DNA from: Octopus vulgaris | Lineage: Eukaryota | Assembly (NCBI GenBank): GCA_951406725.2 | Contig: OX597824.1 | Location: forward strand, 84,568,001-84,632,000 | Length of the DNA: 64,000 nucleotides | Direction: 5' to 3' | In this document: positions 12,975-27,586 of the stretch, in pieces | How the letters are laid out: every line of letters begins with the position of its first letter | Numbering within the stretch: position 1 is the stretch's first letter | Position numbers and translations under genes: made by a program | The notes under the pieces: model-generated | What the model saw: only the letters and a program-made list of their open reading frames with translations | Databases searched by the model: none | What the model was told of the DNA's origin: nothing

Positions 12975-13323
12975 AAAATAGGTGAGAGAGATAGAAAGAG
13001 AATTGTTCTTTCACTGTTTCCAGCTTCTGGACAGTGGTCATGTCATAACTGGGGCAGCAACTTTTAAGGTTTAAATTGATTACATTCACCCCGCCACCCT
13101 TGTGCTTTCTGTTTGCTACTCATTTTATTGACCTTGTGGAAGGTGAAAGGCAAAAGTTGACCAGGGCATAAAAGCATACAATCAGAATAAAACTCAATAC
13201 CATAAAGATCGATGGTCTATTGATTCTGCCGTGCTCTGCCAATTATGTTGGCATGGATTGATATATAAGAGAGGAAACAAGAATTTCCAACTAATAATGT
13301 TCAGAAAAATGTTCATTTTCCAA

Positions 13324-13359
<36 letters not shown>

Positions 13360-14496
13360 TTAGCAGAAGCGTGGCTGTGCGATCACAAAGTTTATTCTAG
13401 AACCACATGACTCCAGCCTTTGTGCTGAGTGGGAAGAAGGGCAGATATCAAACTATGGCCTAGGGACAACCTGGCTATAATAAAAATGCTAAAAAAACTA
13501 TCTACCAAGAAATGCAAGAAACAGTATGTTTTTACAGCAAAGACTTAATGCTTACAAGCTTACAAAAAAAAAACCTACTTTTAAACACTGACACACGTCT
13601 CTGATGTACTATTACAATAAAAACATATCTCTCACACTGCTCTACTAAACAAATGGAACATGTACAAACCCATACAAAATATCAATAGCCACACAGAAAA
13701 AAAAAAAAAAAACAGTGGTGGGATATACACCACCCATAAGTTCAGAAGAACAACAACTACAGTATTCTGAGAGTTTACCTTGCTCAACTCATTTTCGTCA
13801 CCACCAAATTCTATGGGTGTACAAGAAACAGAGCGCAATAAGTCTAAGATATCACACTGCATCCGATATGGCTACGTCATTGCAGATTAGAAAGCATAGA
13901 ATGGTTCCTAAGCTAGAAGGCATGCAAGAACCGAAAAGAAGATCTGTGAATAATGCCGCATCGCTTGACTTGTTAATTGCATAGCTTAGAACGGCTTGAT
14001 CAGGGATATCTTGATTAGGGCTTACCCCAGGCTATGTTGCTACAACTAGCTGGTTGCTGTAGCAGAACTAGATCAGGACTTATTTGTGGCTACATCACAA
14101 CAATTTGTGTTATCCTATATTTAGCTGTTTAAAACTTTTTTTTAAGATCAACTCACCACTATCTGGATTATATGCTAATCTGGTTTTAGATTTTGCACTG
14201 CACTGTACTGCTGTGGCAAGGCCAACAAAATAATAATAATAATAATGGCAAATACTGGGTTAAACTAAACAACTCTGCCATAATAATAATAAGTTTTTAA
14301 TTTAGGCACATGGTCAACAGTTTGAAAAGAGGGGGCTAGTCAATACCCCTATATGACTGGTACTTTGTTCTGCTGTTTGATATCCATTTTACATAGCTAT
14401 AGACAACATAGTTATGTATATAGTTGGAATGAGTGGTTAGACGTCCCAGCTAACCACTAGCCATCACAAGTGAGATTATATATATATAATTAATTT

Positions 14497-14716
14497 AAAG
14501 GCGGCAAGCTGGCAGAAACATTAGCACGCCAGGCGAAATGCATAGCCATATTTCGTCTGCCGTTACGTTCTGAGTTCAAATTCCGCCGAGGTCAATTTTG
14601 CCCTTCATTCTTTCGGGGTCAATAAATTAAGTACCAGTTACACACTAGGGTCGATGTAATTGACTTAATCTGTTTGTCCCCTCTGTGTTTAGCCCCTTGT
14701 GGGTAGTAAAGAAATA
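14497..14716 (+). mobile_element. SINE family B monomer
   Basis: Matches family B. Confidence 0.85.
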
Positions 14717-15817
14717 TATATATATAATTAATTTAACCCAGTATTTGCTATGATATTATTATTATTATTGATATATAATTAATTCAATTTAATTAAATCA
14801 ATGGATTTGGAGAAAGCTGAACACTTTTGTGACCCAGGTAATTTGCGCATGCACTTATAGATTATTGATAATAAGGTGCAGGAATGGCTGAGTGGTTAAA
14901 TTCACTTCCCAACCATTAGGTTTGGGGTTTAGTTCTTCTGTACAGCAGCTTGGAAAAGTGTCTTCTGCTATAGCTTCAAGCCAACCAAGGTCTTGAGAAT
15001 GGATTTGTTGGATAGAGACTGAAAGAAGCCCATAGTGTGTGTGTGTGTGTAAGTGAAGGAGTGAGTGAGAGGGATATACGTACATACATACACACACACA
15101 GACTCCCAATGAGAACATGTGAGCATTGAATAATAAGTTTCCCATGTGCAAAGCCCTAAGGGATCACTAGCAACATACTTCATCCTTGTTCCATTCATCT
15201 GAATTTTCCTGCTACAAAACTTAGATACAAGAAAGAAAAAACGCATTGTTAATTAAGAATCTTCATAAAAGGTTTATTTCAAGTTTGCTCAAAGTTCACC
15301 CAACTCTTTACTCCTAATTACGTAACCTGAAACCAGTGAGCAATATACCACATGTCAGGCACAAAAGACACATGGTAAGGCAGGCATGCAAGCCTCTAAC
15401 AAACAAACGCTTGTCTCCTTTACTATTACTGCCCATATCAAATGTGGAGCTTCCCTAGCTGAAGTTTGTCTTAATTATACAAAACATACATTTAAATGGA
15501 TTGCAGGAAATGACATATGTAACTGCAATGCGATGTATAAAAACCACCTGCTGTCATGAATGAGATCTCTTAACAGGTTTACTCAAGTTTCGCAAGCAGA
15601 GGGCATAGGACACAACATCCTGTGAGGTACACTTCTGGAAATTATCCAAGACACTACCTGACTATTCTTAGATATACGTGATACGTGATTATTTGTATGC
15701 ATGTTTGTGCAGGTATAAATACACATATGCATACATACACACATATAATCAAATGTATACATCTATGTATATATGTATATATATACATCTATGTATGTAT
15801 GTATGTATGTATGTATT

Positions 15818-15879
<62 letters not shown>

Positions 15880-15888
15880 CGTGCGTGC

Positions 15889-16172
15889 GGAGGCGCAATG
15901 GCCCAGTGGTTAGGGCAGCGGACTCACGGTTTCGATTCCCAGACCGAGCATTGTGTGTTTATTGAGCGAAAACACCTAAAAGCTCCACAAGGCTCCGGCA
16001 GGGCATGGTGGTGACATCTGTTGTACCCTTTCGCCACAACATTCTCTCACTCTCTCTTCCTGTTTCTTGAGTAACGCTGCGATGGACTGGCGTCCCGTCC
16101 AGCTGGGGGGGAACACATACGCCACAGAAACCGGGAAACCCAGCCCATGAGCCTGGCAAGGCTTGAAAGGGT
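15889..16172 (+). mobile_element. SINE family C with V-domain-like segment
   Basis: tRNA head plus GCGATGGACTGGCGTCCCGTCCAG. Confidence 0.8.
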
Positions 16173-17250
16173 AATGTTTATCATTTTATATATATATATA
16201 TACATATGTACACATACATACACACACACACACACACAGATGCACATACATGTAGATACATATAAACATAAGTATATGCATACACACAGGCACACACACA
16301 CATATGGACACATGAATAAATATATGCACAAATACAAGCTCATTTATTCAATGTCCATTTCACCATGTCATCACAGTTTAGCTTTGGCAATGGGAAAGGC
16401 ATCTGGTCCCTTTTATCACCAACCATCATCAGTTTTACACACACACACATACACATATTGATTACGCTATATATATATATTTTCCTTTACAGCCATAGTA
16501 AACCATAGTAAGACATTGTCCAGCAGTTTACCAAACGTCTGCAGGTGCAACTTGGCTGTTCACTAACTGAAATCTCCTATAAGCTGCAAAACCACTTGTC
16601 AAACATCCAGTCTTGATAAGTGAGCTAAGCTGCACACGCCCCACTCTATTACAACTTTCACTGCAAACACCAGATTTGTTTTCTCTCATAACAACTGGCC
16701 CTATAGCAACATGATTCCACCGCAAAATCTAATACATGGGCTGTCAACAGTCGTAGTCAACAGCCAGCATGGCTGGTCTGGCCAGCTTGGACTGTAAATA
16801 GCTTACAGGATCATTTGGGATCAACTTATGATTCTGTGCTGCGCAGATGTTACATAAGGACATGGACATGTTAAGAAGGTTATTTTGCGGCTATGTGGTT
16901 TTAAGAAGCTCACTTTGCAATGTTGGGGTTTCTGGTTCAGTCCCACTGCTCAGCATCTTTGAGCATGTATCTTCCTCTATAACCCTGGGTCAACCAATGG
17001 CTTGTGGCAGAATTAGGTAGACAGAAACTGTGTGGAAGCCCATTATGTATTTATCTATCCGCATACACGTATACAAGGCCATCTGTGTGTGTGTGTGTGT
17101 GGCGTTAGGAAGGGCATCCAGCTGTAGAAACACTGCCAGATCAGACTGGAGCTTGGTGCAGCCTCCTGGCTTCCCAGACCCCGGTCGAACCGTCCAACCC
17201 GTGCTAGCACGGAAAACGGACGTTAAACGATGATGAGAGAGAGAGAGAGA

Positions 17251-17662
17251 AGGCGCATGGCTCAGTTGTTAGAGCAGTGGGCTCACAATCATGAGGTAGT
17301 GAGTTCGATTCCAGAACTGAGCTGTGTGTTGTGTTCTTGAGCAAGACACTTTATTTCATGTTGCTCCAGTTCACTCACCCGCTAAGGCGGAGGCAATAAT
17401 CTGTTTATATGTTTTCCAAAGAAGCAAATTAATTTGGTGTATCTTACAGTATATATTTCCATGATTGTCTCAACTCTGTCATCTCTTCCCTGGTATCGGC
17501 CTTTGCCTTTCCCTTGGTTAACATCATTGGCATGGAGAAGGAAGGGTGGTGTTCATGGGTGACTGCTGGTCTTCCATTGTCAGCCTTGCCTGGATTTGTG
17601 CCTCAGAAGGTAACTTTCTAGGTGCAATCCCTCGGTCATTTTTATGACTGAAAGGCGGGGTC
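17251..17662 (+). mobile_element. SINE family D with an internal insertion
   Basis: Matches the 9173 copy except for about 110 nt at 17378-17492. Confidence 0.75.
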
Positions 17663-18404
17663 CTATAAGACAAAGCTTCATCTAGGATTGAACCTACAAC
17701 CGCTAGATGAACACTAACTCCTGTGCCTTCACAAGCAACATCCTCGATTTTATAATAACAGATGGTATATAATTATATATATAATTTTGAAATTAGAGAA
17801 ATGGGAGGAGAGGTAATTAACAAATTCCAGCTGTGTGAGAAAAGTATTTGGTGGTAGTGGTGGTGACGGGGAATCGGGTTTTTTTTTTTTTTGGTTCACT
17901 TTTTCTTGTTTACTTTTGTTGTTTTTCTCATGCTCAAAAACAGAAAAAATCTAATTCCACGCTGAGTTAATCAGCAGGAAATTTGGTTTTGGTTTTGTTT
18001 GTTAGTTTGGGGAGAGGGAGGGGGCTGTAAATAGATTTTTGTTTATATTAATAATGAAGTTAAAAACCTATTTCTCATAATTATCATCATCATCATCATC
18101 ATAATAATTCTTTATAATTTTTTTGACACAGGGCCAGAAATCTTCAGCGGGAGATGGAAGCCATTCATCTAAATCTCAGTGTTCGGCTGATGCTTATTTT
18201 ATTTACCCGCAGAACACTGGCTCCATGAATCTAGTCTAAGAGGCCGTGGTCAGTGACTATACAAGTCTGTGAGAGTGGACATTACTTCCTTACCAGTCTG
18301 ACAGGCTGGACATTAAACCTTCTAACAATCTGTGACGGCACAGAAGGGAACTCAATGAAAAGTTCATTTCAATAACCAATTACTTAGACTTGAAATTTTT
18401 TAAA

Positions 18405-18572
18405 CTATTAGTTAGTTAATTTTGGCTCAAAAAGCAAAAAGCAAGGCCATGTAGGGGGACATGGAGTTATGTACAGGGTGGTGTTCATGTAAAGAGTTCA
18501 GGCCACTTGTAGTCAAGGGAGACTTTGAACCGAGCGGTCGTCGGCATCTTCACTATCTCGTCCGGCAGCTTA
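18405..18572 (-). mobile_element. CR1/L2-like LINE 3' end
   Basis: KLPDEIVKMPTTARFKVSLD..* C-terminus followed by a short UTR and (CTAA)-type tail. Confidence 0.6.
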
Positions 18573-18593
18573 AGATACGAAATGTTTCTCAAT

Positions 18594-18972
18594 AGGTGTA
18601 GGAATGGCTGTGTGGTAAGTAGTTTGCCTACCACCCACATGGTTCCGGGTTCAGTCCCACTGCGTGGCACCTTGGGCAAGTGTCTTCTACTATAGCCTCG
18701 AGCCGACCAAAGCCTTGTGAGTGGATTTGGTAGACGGAAACTGAAAGAAGCCCGTTGTATATATGTATATATGTGTGTGTGTGTGTCCCTTCAACATCAC
18801 TTGACAACCAATGCTGGTGTGTTTACGTCCCTGTAACTTAGCAGTTCAGCAAAAGAGAGCAATAGAATAAGTACTAGGCTTACAAAAATTAAGTCCTGAG
18901 GTCAGTTTGCTTGACTAAAGGTGGTGCTCCAGCATGGCTGCAGTCAAATGACTGAAACAAGTAAAAGAGAGA
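18594..18972 (+). mobile_element. SINE family A, full length
   Basis: Matches family A. Confidence 0.88.
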
Positions 18973-21801
18973 TTTCTATGCTGTAAGGCAACAAGTTAGC
19001 AGAAGCGTCACCATGTCTGTCAGAATGATTAGGGACAAGTCTTCTGACTTTACATTCTGTGCTCAAATGCCACTGGGGTAGATTTTTGCCCCTCATCTTT
19101 CCAGGATTGATAAAATGAGTACCAATTGAGTACTGGGAGGAAGAGAACCAATGTAATCGACTAGCCTCCCCGAAATTGCTGGCCTTGTGACAAAATTTGA
19201 TGCCAATATTTCTGTTGTGTTTTGATCTTTGAGAAGGCATGGACATGGACTCTGTAAGTCTAAGAGAATGAGGACATTGGCTCCACAAGTCTAAGAGGGC
19301 ATCCATCAAGTATCTTATTCCTGGATGCACACATTACCCCATGATGGACATAAGCTGGGATAATTGGCCTGGTATTATTACCTTTAGTTTGGAAATAGAG
19401 GATCTCAGTTCAAATTAAGCCTGGTATGATGAACACATTTACAAATAAGATACACAATGAAGATCTGAGATGAAACTAATCCAAAGCCACCAACTTTATA
19501 TGTTTCATATCTAAAAAGGAAGGTTAATAACCTGGAAACTAAAAAAAAATTAGATGTAATCTTATTACAAAACAACTAATCAAAAATAAATCTCTAAAGT
19601 GAAGAAGTTCCTTTGATATTTGAGATCAAAGAAGAGGTCAGATAAGGAGAAGAAAACCCTAAAAGTTATCTAGAAGAGTTCTCAAGAGTTCTTAAAAAAC
19701 ACACAAAAAAAAAACTAGCAAAACAAGATGTATGAAATTATGTTGACCTCCAGTTGAAACTGGTGATATAATAGTATGGTGAGAAAAAAATGGGAAATTA
19801 TCTATATAAAGAGGTGGAGTAGCGGAGGGAGTCATTGATAAATAAGCTTTATATATCAACACAAAAGATAAAAAGCAAAGGAAAACACACAAAGTAAAAA
19901 ACACAAAAACCTAGCATATCTGAAGTTTTGGTGACAAAAATACTAAAAAAAAAAGGAGAAAAAAAAAGTACAATTCCCACGACATAATTTGTTCTGTATT
20001 TTGATAATCTAAATATCTATGTAGTATGCATTTGTACTAGGTTTTTATTTATTGTGATATAAAAAAAAAACCCATAAAAGTACTCAATACCTTGTGTTTT
20101 AAGGATGAGATAATCAAGGATTACAGGGCTGATTAAAGGAAATTGTTAAGAAGATTTTCCAAACTTTGTACATATTATGTGGTGCAGACATACATGACGA
20201 CGATGATGACGACATACAAGTTGGCAAAGTGAAACAAACTGTATTGTTTGAATGAAAGCATAAAGTAAAACATACTCTAATATTCAGCAGTCGTGTAGGC
20301 AGCAAGCTGGCAGAATCATTAATATGCCGGGCAAAATGCTTAACAGCATTTCATCCGTCTTTGTGTTCCGAGTTCGAATTCCGCCGAGGTCAACTTTGCC
20401 TTTCATCTTTTTGGGGTCGATGAAGTACGTACATGTTGAGCACTGAGGTTGATGTTGACTTATCCACTCCCTTGAAATTGCTGGCCTTGTGCCAAAATTT
20501 GAAACTATTTAAGGTAGCATGCTGGCAGAATCATCACCACACCAGGAAAAATACTTAGCAGCATTCTTCTGACTTTATGTTCCGAGTCCAACTGCTGCAG
20601 GGATCAATTTTGCCTTTCATCCTTTCGGGGTCAATAAAATAAGTACCAGTTGAACACTCCCCCAAAATTGCTGGCTTTGGGCCAACATCTGAAATCAGTG
20701 TTTAGCAGTTGTAAAATACCTTGATTTATTCAAGTTTTCTTTTATATATGGCTCCAACTGGGCTTGGAGTTATTGGTGCAGCAAATAAGAGGATCACAGA
20801 TAGTCTTTTAGAACGAGAATGATACGACTAGGTCTGTATAAACGGTCCATGTTGGCCTCCGCAGGTGGCTGCAGAGGCCGTCACCCAAGAACTAATTGAG
20901 GTCAGGAGGACCTGTAATAATGAAGATTTTGTGTCCCTTAGTCCAAGCCTGCCAATGCAGGCTTTCCTGCAGGTGGCAGGAAACTTATTTGGGGGCCCAG
21001 ACAAGGAAGATGAATGGAAAATGAATTTTTGTTTTTTGGAATTTTTATACTTGTATCTAATTACTGTATATTAGTTTTTCTTGATTTTAAATTGAACAGT
21101 GTTTTCAAGGAGTTATCGGTCAGCGGACGCCAGTGCCCCTCCCATTTTTATTCATTTTTATCATTATCATCTTCATCACATTAATGTCCTTGTCCAGCCT
21201 GCAGCTTATTTGTGTACAGCTTTTATGGCCAATAAAAAAGAAAAAAAAAAGAGGATCAAAGATTCCAGGCAGACCCAGTGGTTTGCAGCAACTAGGATCC
21301 AAGCAGGGTCTTGATCAATGTAGGCTGAGTGGGTCTAATGTTGAAAGACCTGAAACCACTGAGATCCCAGAAACCTAAGTGATGAAGCGTTCTAGAGCGT
21401 CCGTGGGCTGTATCTTGGAACTAAAATACAATAATTCAGGGGGTGCAAGCAGAAGAGCAAAAATCCAAACAATAGAGTACCTTTTCATTCTTAACATGCT
21501 CTGATAGATTTAACCATGAATATTTGATTGCTGTTATTTGTCACTGGAGGACACCTCTTCCCTTTACAGAATATATGTTCATAATTCATGTGATTCACCA
21601 GCATAAAAGGACTTTGAGACACTGCAGTGCTGCAATCTTGTAAATCTACCCCACTGGGTTGATGAATTTCACAAAAGAAATTCTTGTTTATGCATGCACA
21701 CATCATACATACATTATGTATATCATCATCATTATTTAATGTCCATTTTCCATGCTAGCATGGGTTGGACGGTTCGACCAGTCTGATATATATGTATATA
21801 T

Positions 21802-21835
<34 letters not shown>

Positions 21836-22089
21836 TATACATGCACACATACACACACACACACATATATTGGGTTGGTGCATAATTATTGCAGCTTTTT
21901 TCAATAAATTTTATTCAACAAAAACATCTCTATATTATGAGACAATTGCAAAAAAATTCAAAACTCTGTAAAAATCTTGTACAAATTCATGGTTCAAAAC
22001 ATTGCTTACTTCTCACTCAACCTGATATACTGTAAAAATATTAATATGCATACATATATATTTTTGTGTATGTACATAATATATATATA

Positions 22090-22400
22090 TATTCCCCAGA
22101 CTGCAACCCACTTGATTATGTGGGGGGTGCAGTAGAGCGGAAGACCAACAAAACTCCTTATAACACCAAAGATGAACTGAAGGCAAGGATTATGGTAGCA
22201 TTCACCACCTTAAACAAGGAGACTGTCCAGAAGAGTCTGGAGGCCATAGTTGAAGCCAATGGCGATTTTATTGAATAAATTTACTCTTTAGTATTTCAAG
22301 ATATGCTTATGCAACTTTGGTAAATATATCTGATAAAATGAAATGTCAGTGTTGTTTTCATTTTTGCATGATTTTGAAAATATATTCACTGCACCTTGTA
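22090..22400 (+). mobile_element. Tc1/mariner (maT-like) transposase 3' relic
   Basis: SPDCNPLDY...ELKARI...VEANGDFIE*. Confidence 0.7.
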
Positions 22401-22877
22401 TGCATACACACACAATCAGGTATGTATGTATAACTGCATTTCCCATTGAATACTACTGAAGTGTGCTAGATATTAGCAAATGTTTGTTTACTTTTAATCA
22501 ATGCAGTTTGCTGTTACAGGGTTTGTCAGCTTATAAATGTACTAAGTTCAAATGATTGTCACTTCTCTCACACCTAAATATACAATCACACCAACATGTT
22601 AGCAACAAAAATCAATGTACGTATTTATTTAGACACAAGACAGACAGGATTACATTCTAATCAAGGTTTTGATCAATCGGTTCTCTTTGATTGTCTATAG
22701 ATATCACAGGATTTTTCCTTCTGAACTCAACGATGTACACAGTTGATAAAAAAAAAATCCAACTGAATGGATCTGCTGTTTGGATGAACTGTTTTTAACC
22801 TTACACACATATGCATTCAAACAAACATGTATAGCATTAGGCTCAACTTCTGATGGTGTTACTGTCATGTCTTAGAC

Positions 22878-23105
22878 CAGTGACTCCCAACCATTTTTTG
22901 CCTGTGGACCGCTTTGATTCCTATTTAACCCTACTGGACCTCCATAGCTATTTGACGTTTAAAAAATCCCATTATATTTTTATAATTACGTAGTATTAAG
23001 TATTGTATTAAAAAAATTTAATATTTTATGTATTGTAAAACCAATTCATTGCACATAAATTTTATATGGACTCCCAAGGGCCATATGAACCCCAATTGAA
23101 AGACA
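22878..23105. mobile_element. hAT-like MITE
   Basis: CAGTGACTCCCAACC terminus; same family as the host element at 53862-55109. Confidence 0.6.
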
Positions 23106-23302
23106 GACCTACTGAAGCCCTTTTCTCACCAGGGGCCAATTTCTTCCAGAGGGAGGAGAATGAATCCTAGTACAAGACTGGTGCTTTACCAACTCAGGGA
23201 AGACAAAAAGGCAAAGTTGATCTCAGTGATTTTTTGCATCTGGAGAGCAAAATCCAAAAGACAATCTGGCACTCTAACAATTTTGTCAGTTCACTACTTT
23301 AA

Positions 23303-23522
23303 CCTTTTAGCATTCAGATTGTTCTGTCAAATGTCATGATTATTTATTCACATTTTGTAGAATGAATTAAGCATTATCTTATAGCTTTGGGATGTCGATA
23401 ATTGATGTAATTATTTTAAGAATGACATTGTAACATGGGTGTGAAAGGCTGGATCTGGCCAGTTTCAACATGAAACAACAAGAATATTTGGGCTGAATAT
23501 GGCTGGTTTAAATACTAAAGGG
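23303..23522. mobile_element. piggyBac-like MITE family 2, opposite orientation to 925-1142
   Basis: TTAA TSDs and the same TIRs. Confidence 0.8.
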
Positions 23523-23869
23523 TTAACATAAGCCCCCCAACAAAATATATGTCAACAGGTCACTGGGGGTTGGTTTTTTGGGGCTCACATGATGAAAGGA
23601 GTAACAGAGACACAGTATTTTATTGTGAGAGAGAATTGTAAAGTTGTGAAATAGAGCCAATCATATTTAATGTAGCATATTGAAAATTCCTTTGTTCTTT
23701 TATTTTTCACTTTATGCTAATGACACAACTCCAAATTATTCATAATTATAAATAATTATTCGTCAAGCCTTTTTGCCAATTACAGAAGAGCCAAGATGTA
23801 CTGCGGAGTTCACGAGTTATCACACAGTGTGGAATGCCCAACGTCACAGAAAAGAACTGGAGCAGAGTT

Positions 23870-24340
23870 TTTGAGATTTTTTTTTTATAAAAAAAGTGCA
23901 TTTTACATAGCATCAAATATGGTATATTACATTGAGTAAAATGAAAAATTAATATTCATTGAATGATCTATAGTTGCCTTCACTTCCACCATGACCTTGA
24001 AGATGGTTCCAGAACCTGGTGCATGTGTTCCACACTATGTCCTTAGGAAGATCTTCGAATGCCATCTTGTGGTTGGTGTCTTTCTTAACTGGACCCCACA
24101 CACATAATAATCCATGGGATTATTCTGTATAAATGAAAATATTTTTCTCCGTCTGGCTGCTTTTCTCTCTACAAAACGGAAAGTTACACAGCGGAACAGT
24201 TATTTTAACGAGTTGTATTTATTTATCACCCGAGGAGATACATCTACACCACTGGATGCTCCTGAACCAGTTGTTGAGTGTCCCACCCAAGAGGAATGTG
24301 TCGAAACAATTGTAGTGGTTAACAATAAATTCTCTTATAT
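23870..24340 (-). mobile_element. Tc1/mariner (maT-like) deleted relic
   Basis: Minus-strand NPMDYYV..VKKDTN motif. Confidence 0.5.
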
Positions 24341-24379
24341 TCCATCTTCTGTCTTTCATTTGCTATATATATATATTTT

Positions 24380-24555
24380 TCTTTTATTTGTTTCAGTCAT
24401 TTGACTGCGGCCATGCTGGAGCACTGCCTTTAGTCGAGCAAATCTACGCCTGGACTTCTCTTGCCGAACTGCTAAGTGACGGGGACGTAAACACACCAGT
24501 ATCGGTTGTCAAGTGATGTTGTAGGGACAGCCACAAACATATACATACACACACA

Positions 24556-24611
<56 letters not shown>

Positions 24612-24772
24612 ACAGGCTTCTTTCAGTTTCCGTCTACCAAATCCACTCACAAGGCTTTAGTTGGCTTGAGGCTAGAGTAGAAGACACTTGCCCAAGTTGC
24701 CACGCAGTGGGACTGAACCTGAAACCATGTGGTTGGTAAGCAACCCACTTACCAGACAGCTACTCCTGCGCC

Positions 24773-24773
<1 letters not shown>
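24380..24773 (-). mobile_element. SINE family A
   Basis: Reverse complement of family A. Confidence 0.85.
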
Positions 24774-24804
<31 letters not shown>

Positions 24805-24812
24805 GGGCTTAG

Positions 24813-24855
<43 letters not shown>

Positions 24856-27141
24856 TTCAACAAAATTTAGATTCAAATGAATATGGTACTTAAGTCAGAT
24901 GCACCAGAATTTTGTACGGTGTTATCCATATAAATCCATGGGGTGATTATAATCAAAGTAACCGGAGATATTCTTGTTGCTTACTTTGATTATATATATA
25001 TATATATATATATATAATGAAACTTATACATTATGGCAAATGGTATGCTTAGGGTCCAGACTGGAGAAGAAGAGTACAATGAAGGGTATATAGCAAACTT
25101 TGCTCTCATCAACTGGATATATATATCAGAAATGTTAGTGGTTATGCATTAAGAAACGAATATCAATTTATCATTTAACCTTTGTATAAAGTGAAATTAT
25201 CAAAAACAACTCTTTCACTTTGCTCAGCTTTCACTTTCTTCTAAACAGCCGTTCACTTTTTTGCTTTCGGTTCTGTCGGACAGACGAGATGGATGGGCTA
25301 CCACTAGGAAGAGGAAGACGGCGGCGGGGAGTGGACGACGACTGTAGCAGATTTAATCACATGGAATACAGTATTAGAAATGTTAGTGCGTCACAGTTAC
25401 ACAGTATAAGTGAGTGTATGCGCGTGTGTATTGTGTTATGTCTATGCGTGTTGTGTACGTGTTTGTGTGCAAGTGTGGGCAAAATAGCGGCTATAAATCA
25501 GTCTTCATGTCTCGGAAAACAGGACGGAAGCAAGAAAATTATACAACAGGACGGTGAACTAGCCTTCTGCTGTCAAACACAGGATTCGGACATTTCAAGG
25601 CTGGGAAGAGGCGATGTGGAGCTGGATAACGGGTTTTTGAGTATTATTCATACAGGATACAGATGAAAAATTATTTAGGGCACAAAATCAAACGTCGCAG
25701 ATTATGATTTTACAAAGAAATAAAGAAAAATGTGGTGTGTGTGTGGTTTTTCTCTTCTTCGCTTTTGTAATTTTTTTAGTTTCGACCTACTTTTGAAGAT
25801 ATTTTTATGTTTATATTTCGATCATATGCGTAAAATAATTACAATTTTAATATTATTTTATATTTTTTCTGAATCTCTACGATCCTAACAACATACACAT
25901 CCGAAGAATTACAGTTTTCGGACCATTAGATAATTTCCGACTTTATTCTATAAAAATGCCAGATTTCGAGCACGTGGATGAATGGGAGTGTGTTACCTAT
26001 GTCTATATATAAATTTAACAATTAAGGATAAAATCTTAATAAGAAATCTTAACAAGAAATTATCAAGTAGTTAGCGTGAAAAATCTCATAAGAGAAAAAA
26101 ATCTGAAAATTTTTTTCACTTGAAAATATTTTTTTATATTATATAGAGGGCATTATTACACATAAATGCCACACACATATACACACTGTATATGTATGTG
26201 TGTGTAACACAAAAATGCAAAACGAATGAAGGCGTACACATTCTCCCCTCTAAGACAAGGGACAGATAGGGAGAAAGAGAGCGATGATGGATGATATTAG
26301 GCAGAGGAAGTTAGAACCACGCAACGAAGAGGACAGCAGAAGTTAGAGAGTGCTGGAGAAGAGAGATACACTATATATATACATACATAATAAACACGAG
26401 GGGGTGTAAAAGACACACACGTGTTTGCTTTCAAACGCAATTTCTAATAGGTTAGATAACTGTGAAGGTTATTTTATATATCTATCTTATATATCTATAA
26501 AAATATATACACACACACATACATATACACACAGGTCAGTTGTAAAACAAAAAAATAATAATAAATGAAGAGGACATTCAAAGGACACGCCAACCAATGA
26601 TGATATTTTTTTTTCAGGTTTTTCTTCAAATTTTAATATTCCAGATTTTTCTGGAACTTCGATCCTGTTTGAAGAATAACAAGAAGTCGGATCAATGAGA
26701 GGAATCTTTAACTTGGTCGACCAAGCTGGTGGAAATAGCAGTAAAGTCGCCCTCAAATCACGTCCAAGTGTTTTAAATGAGGTGGGTGGGGAGGGGTAAT
26801 GTTCGATATGTAGTCGTATACATAACAAAAGCATTCCATGCGTGGACTATCCTGTCCTTTGAAGGACGTGATGGTCACGGATGTAATAAACTCAACACAT
26901 GGCATAAGCACAGGGTTTCGTCACAGACCATAAAAGATTCACGAATGACCGAACGACATAAGGACTGCTTATTCTAGCTGGAACAGATACTGAACAATTT
27001 GCAGGTTAATTTATTAAAAGGAAAAATAATAAACGAAATGAGGAACTTCAATGTTAAATTAATACACACAAACGAGGAAACTATTAAATCAAAGTTATAT
27101 TTATTGATAATAATCTCCACGGTGTGTGATAGAAATATCTT

Positions 27142-27586
27142 GGCGATCTTTCGTCTCTAGTAGACCTTATTGCCATCTTGGCGATCTTTCGTCTCTAGTA
27201 GACCTTTCCGTCGATTTCCGTAAAATTTTTTTTTTTTTTTTACATATGGGCTTGCGGGAACTTTTGAAGTAATATACATACATATACACATACACCGAGT
27301 AAAAAATTTCAGTTATCTCTTTCTTTCACACACACTAACAGAAGCACTTCACTTACACAACATACTGTCTGTCTCCCACACCCCATCAAACACACACACA
27401 CACACACATATACATCAATGCTCCCATGCACGGTAACTTCAAAAGAACTTCCCTCGTCATACAATCGCTTTCTCTTAGTCTCTTTCGCTCTCATTACTTC
27501 AAAAGTTCCCGCAAGCCCATATGTAAAAAAAAAAAATTTTTTTTACGAAAATCGACGGAAAGGTCTACTAGAGACGAAAGATCGCC
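27142..27586. mobile_element. Merlin-like MITE with ~93-bp TIRs and a duplicated left terminus
   Basis: GGCGATCTTTCGTCTCTAGTAGACC... TIRs at 27180-27272 and 27493-27586; 8-bp TSD AATATCTT. Confidence 0.85.

Noticed and set aside
25033-25152. Short ORF MANGMLRVQTGEEEYNEGYIANFAL with faint resemblance to a membrane protein C-terminus
   Set aside because: It is short, lacks splice support and sits beside a TA tract like other repeat fragments, so chance is likely.
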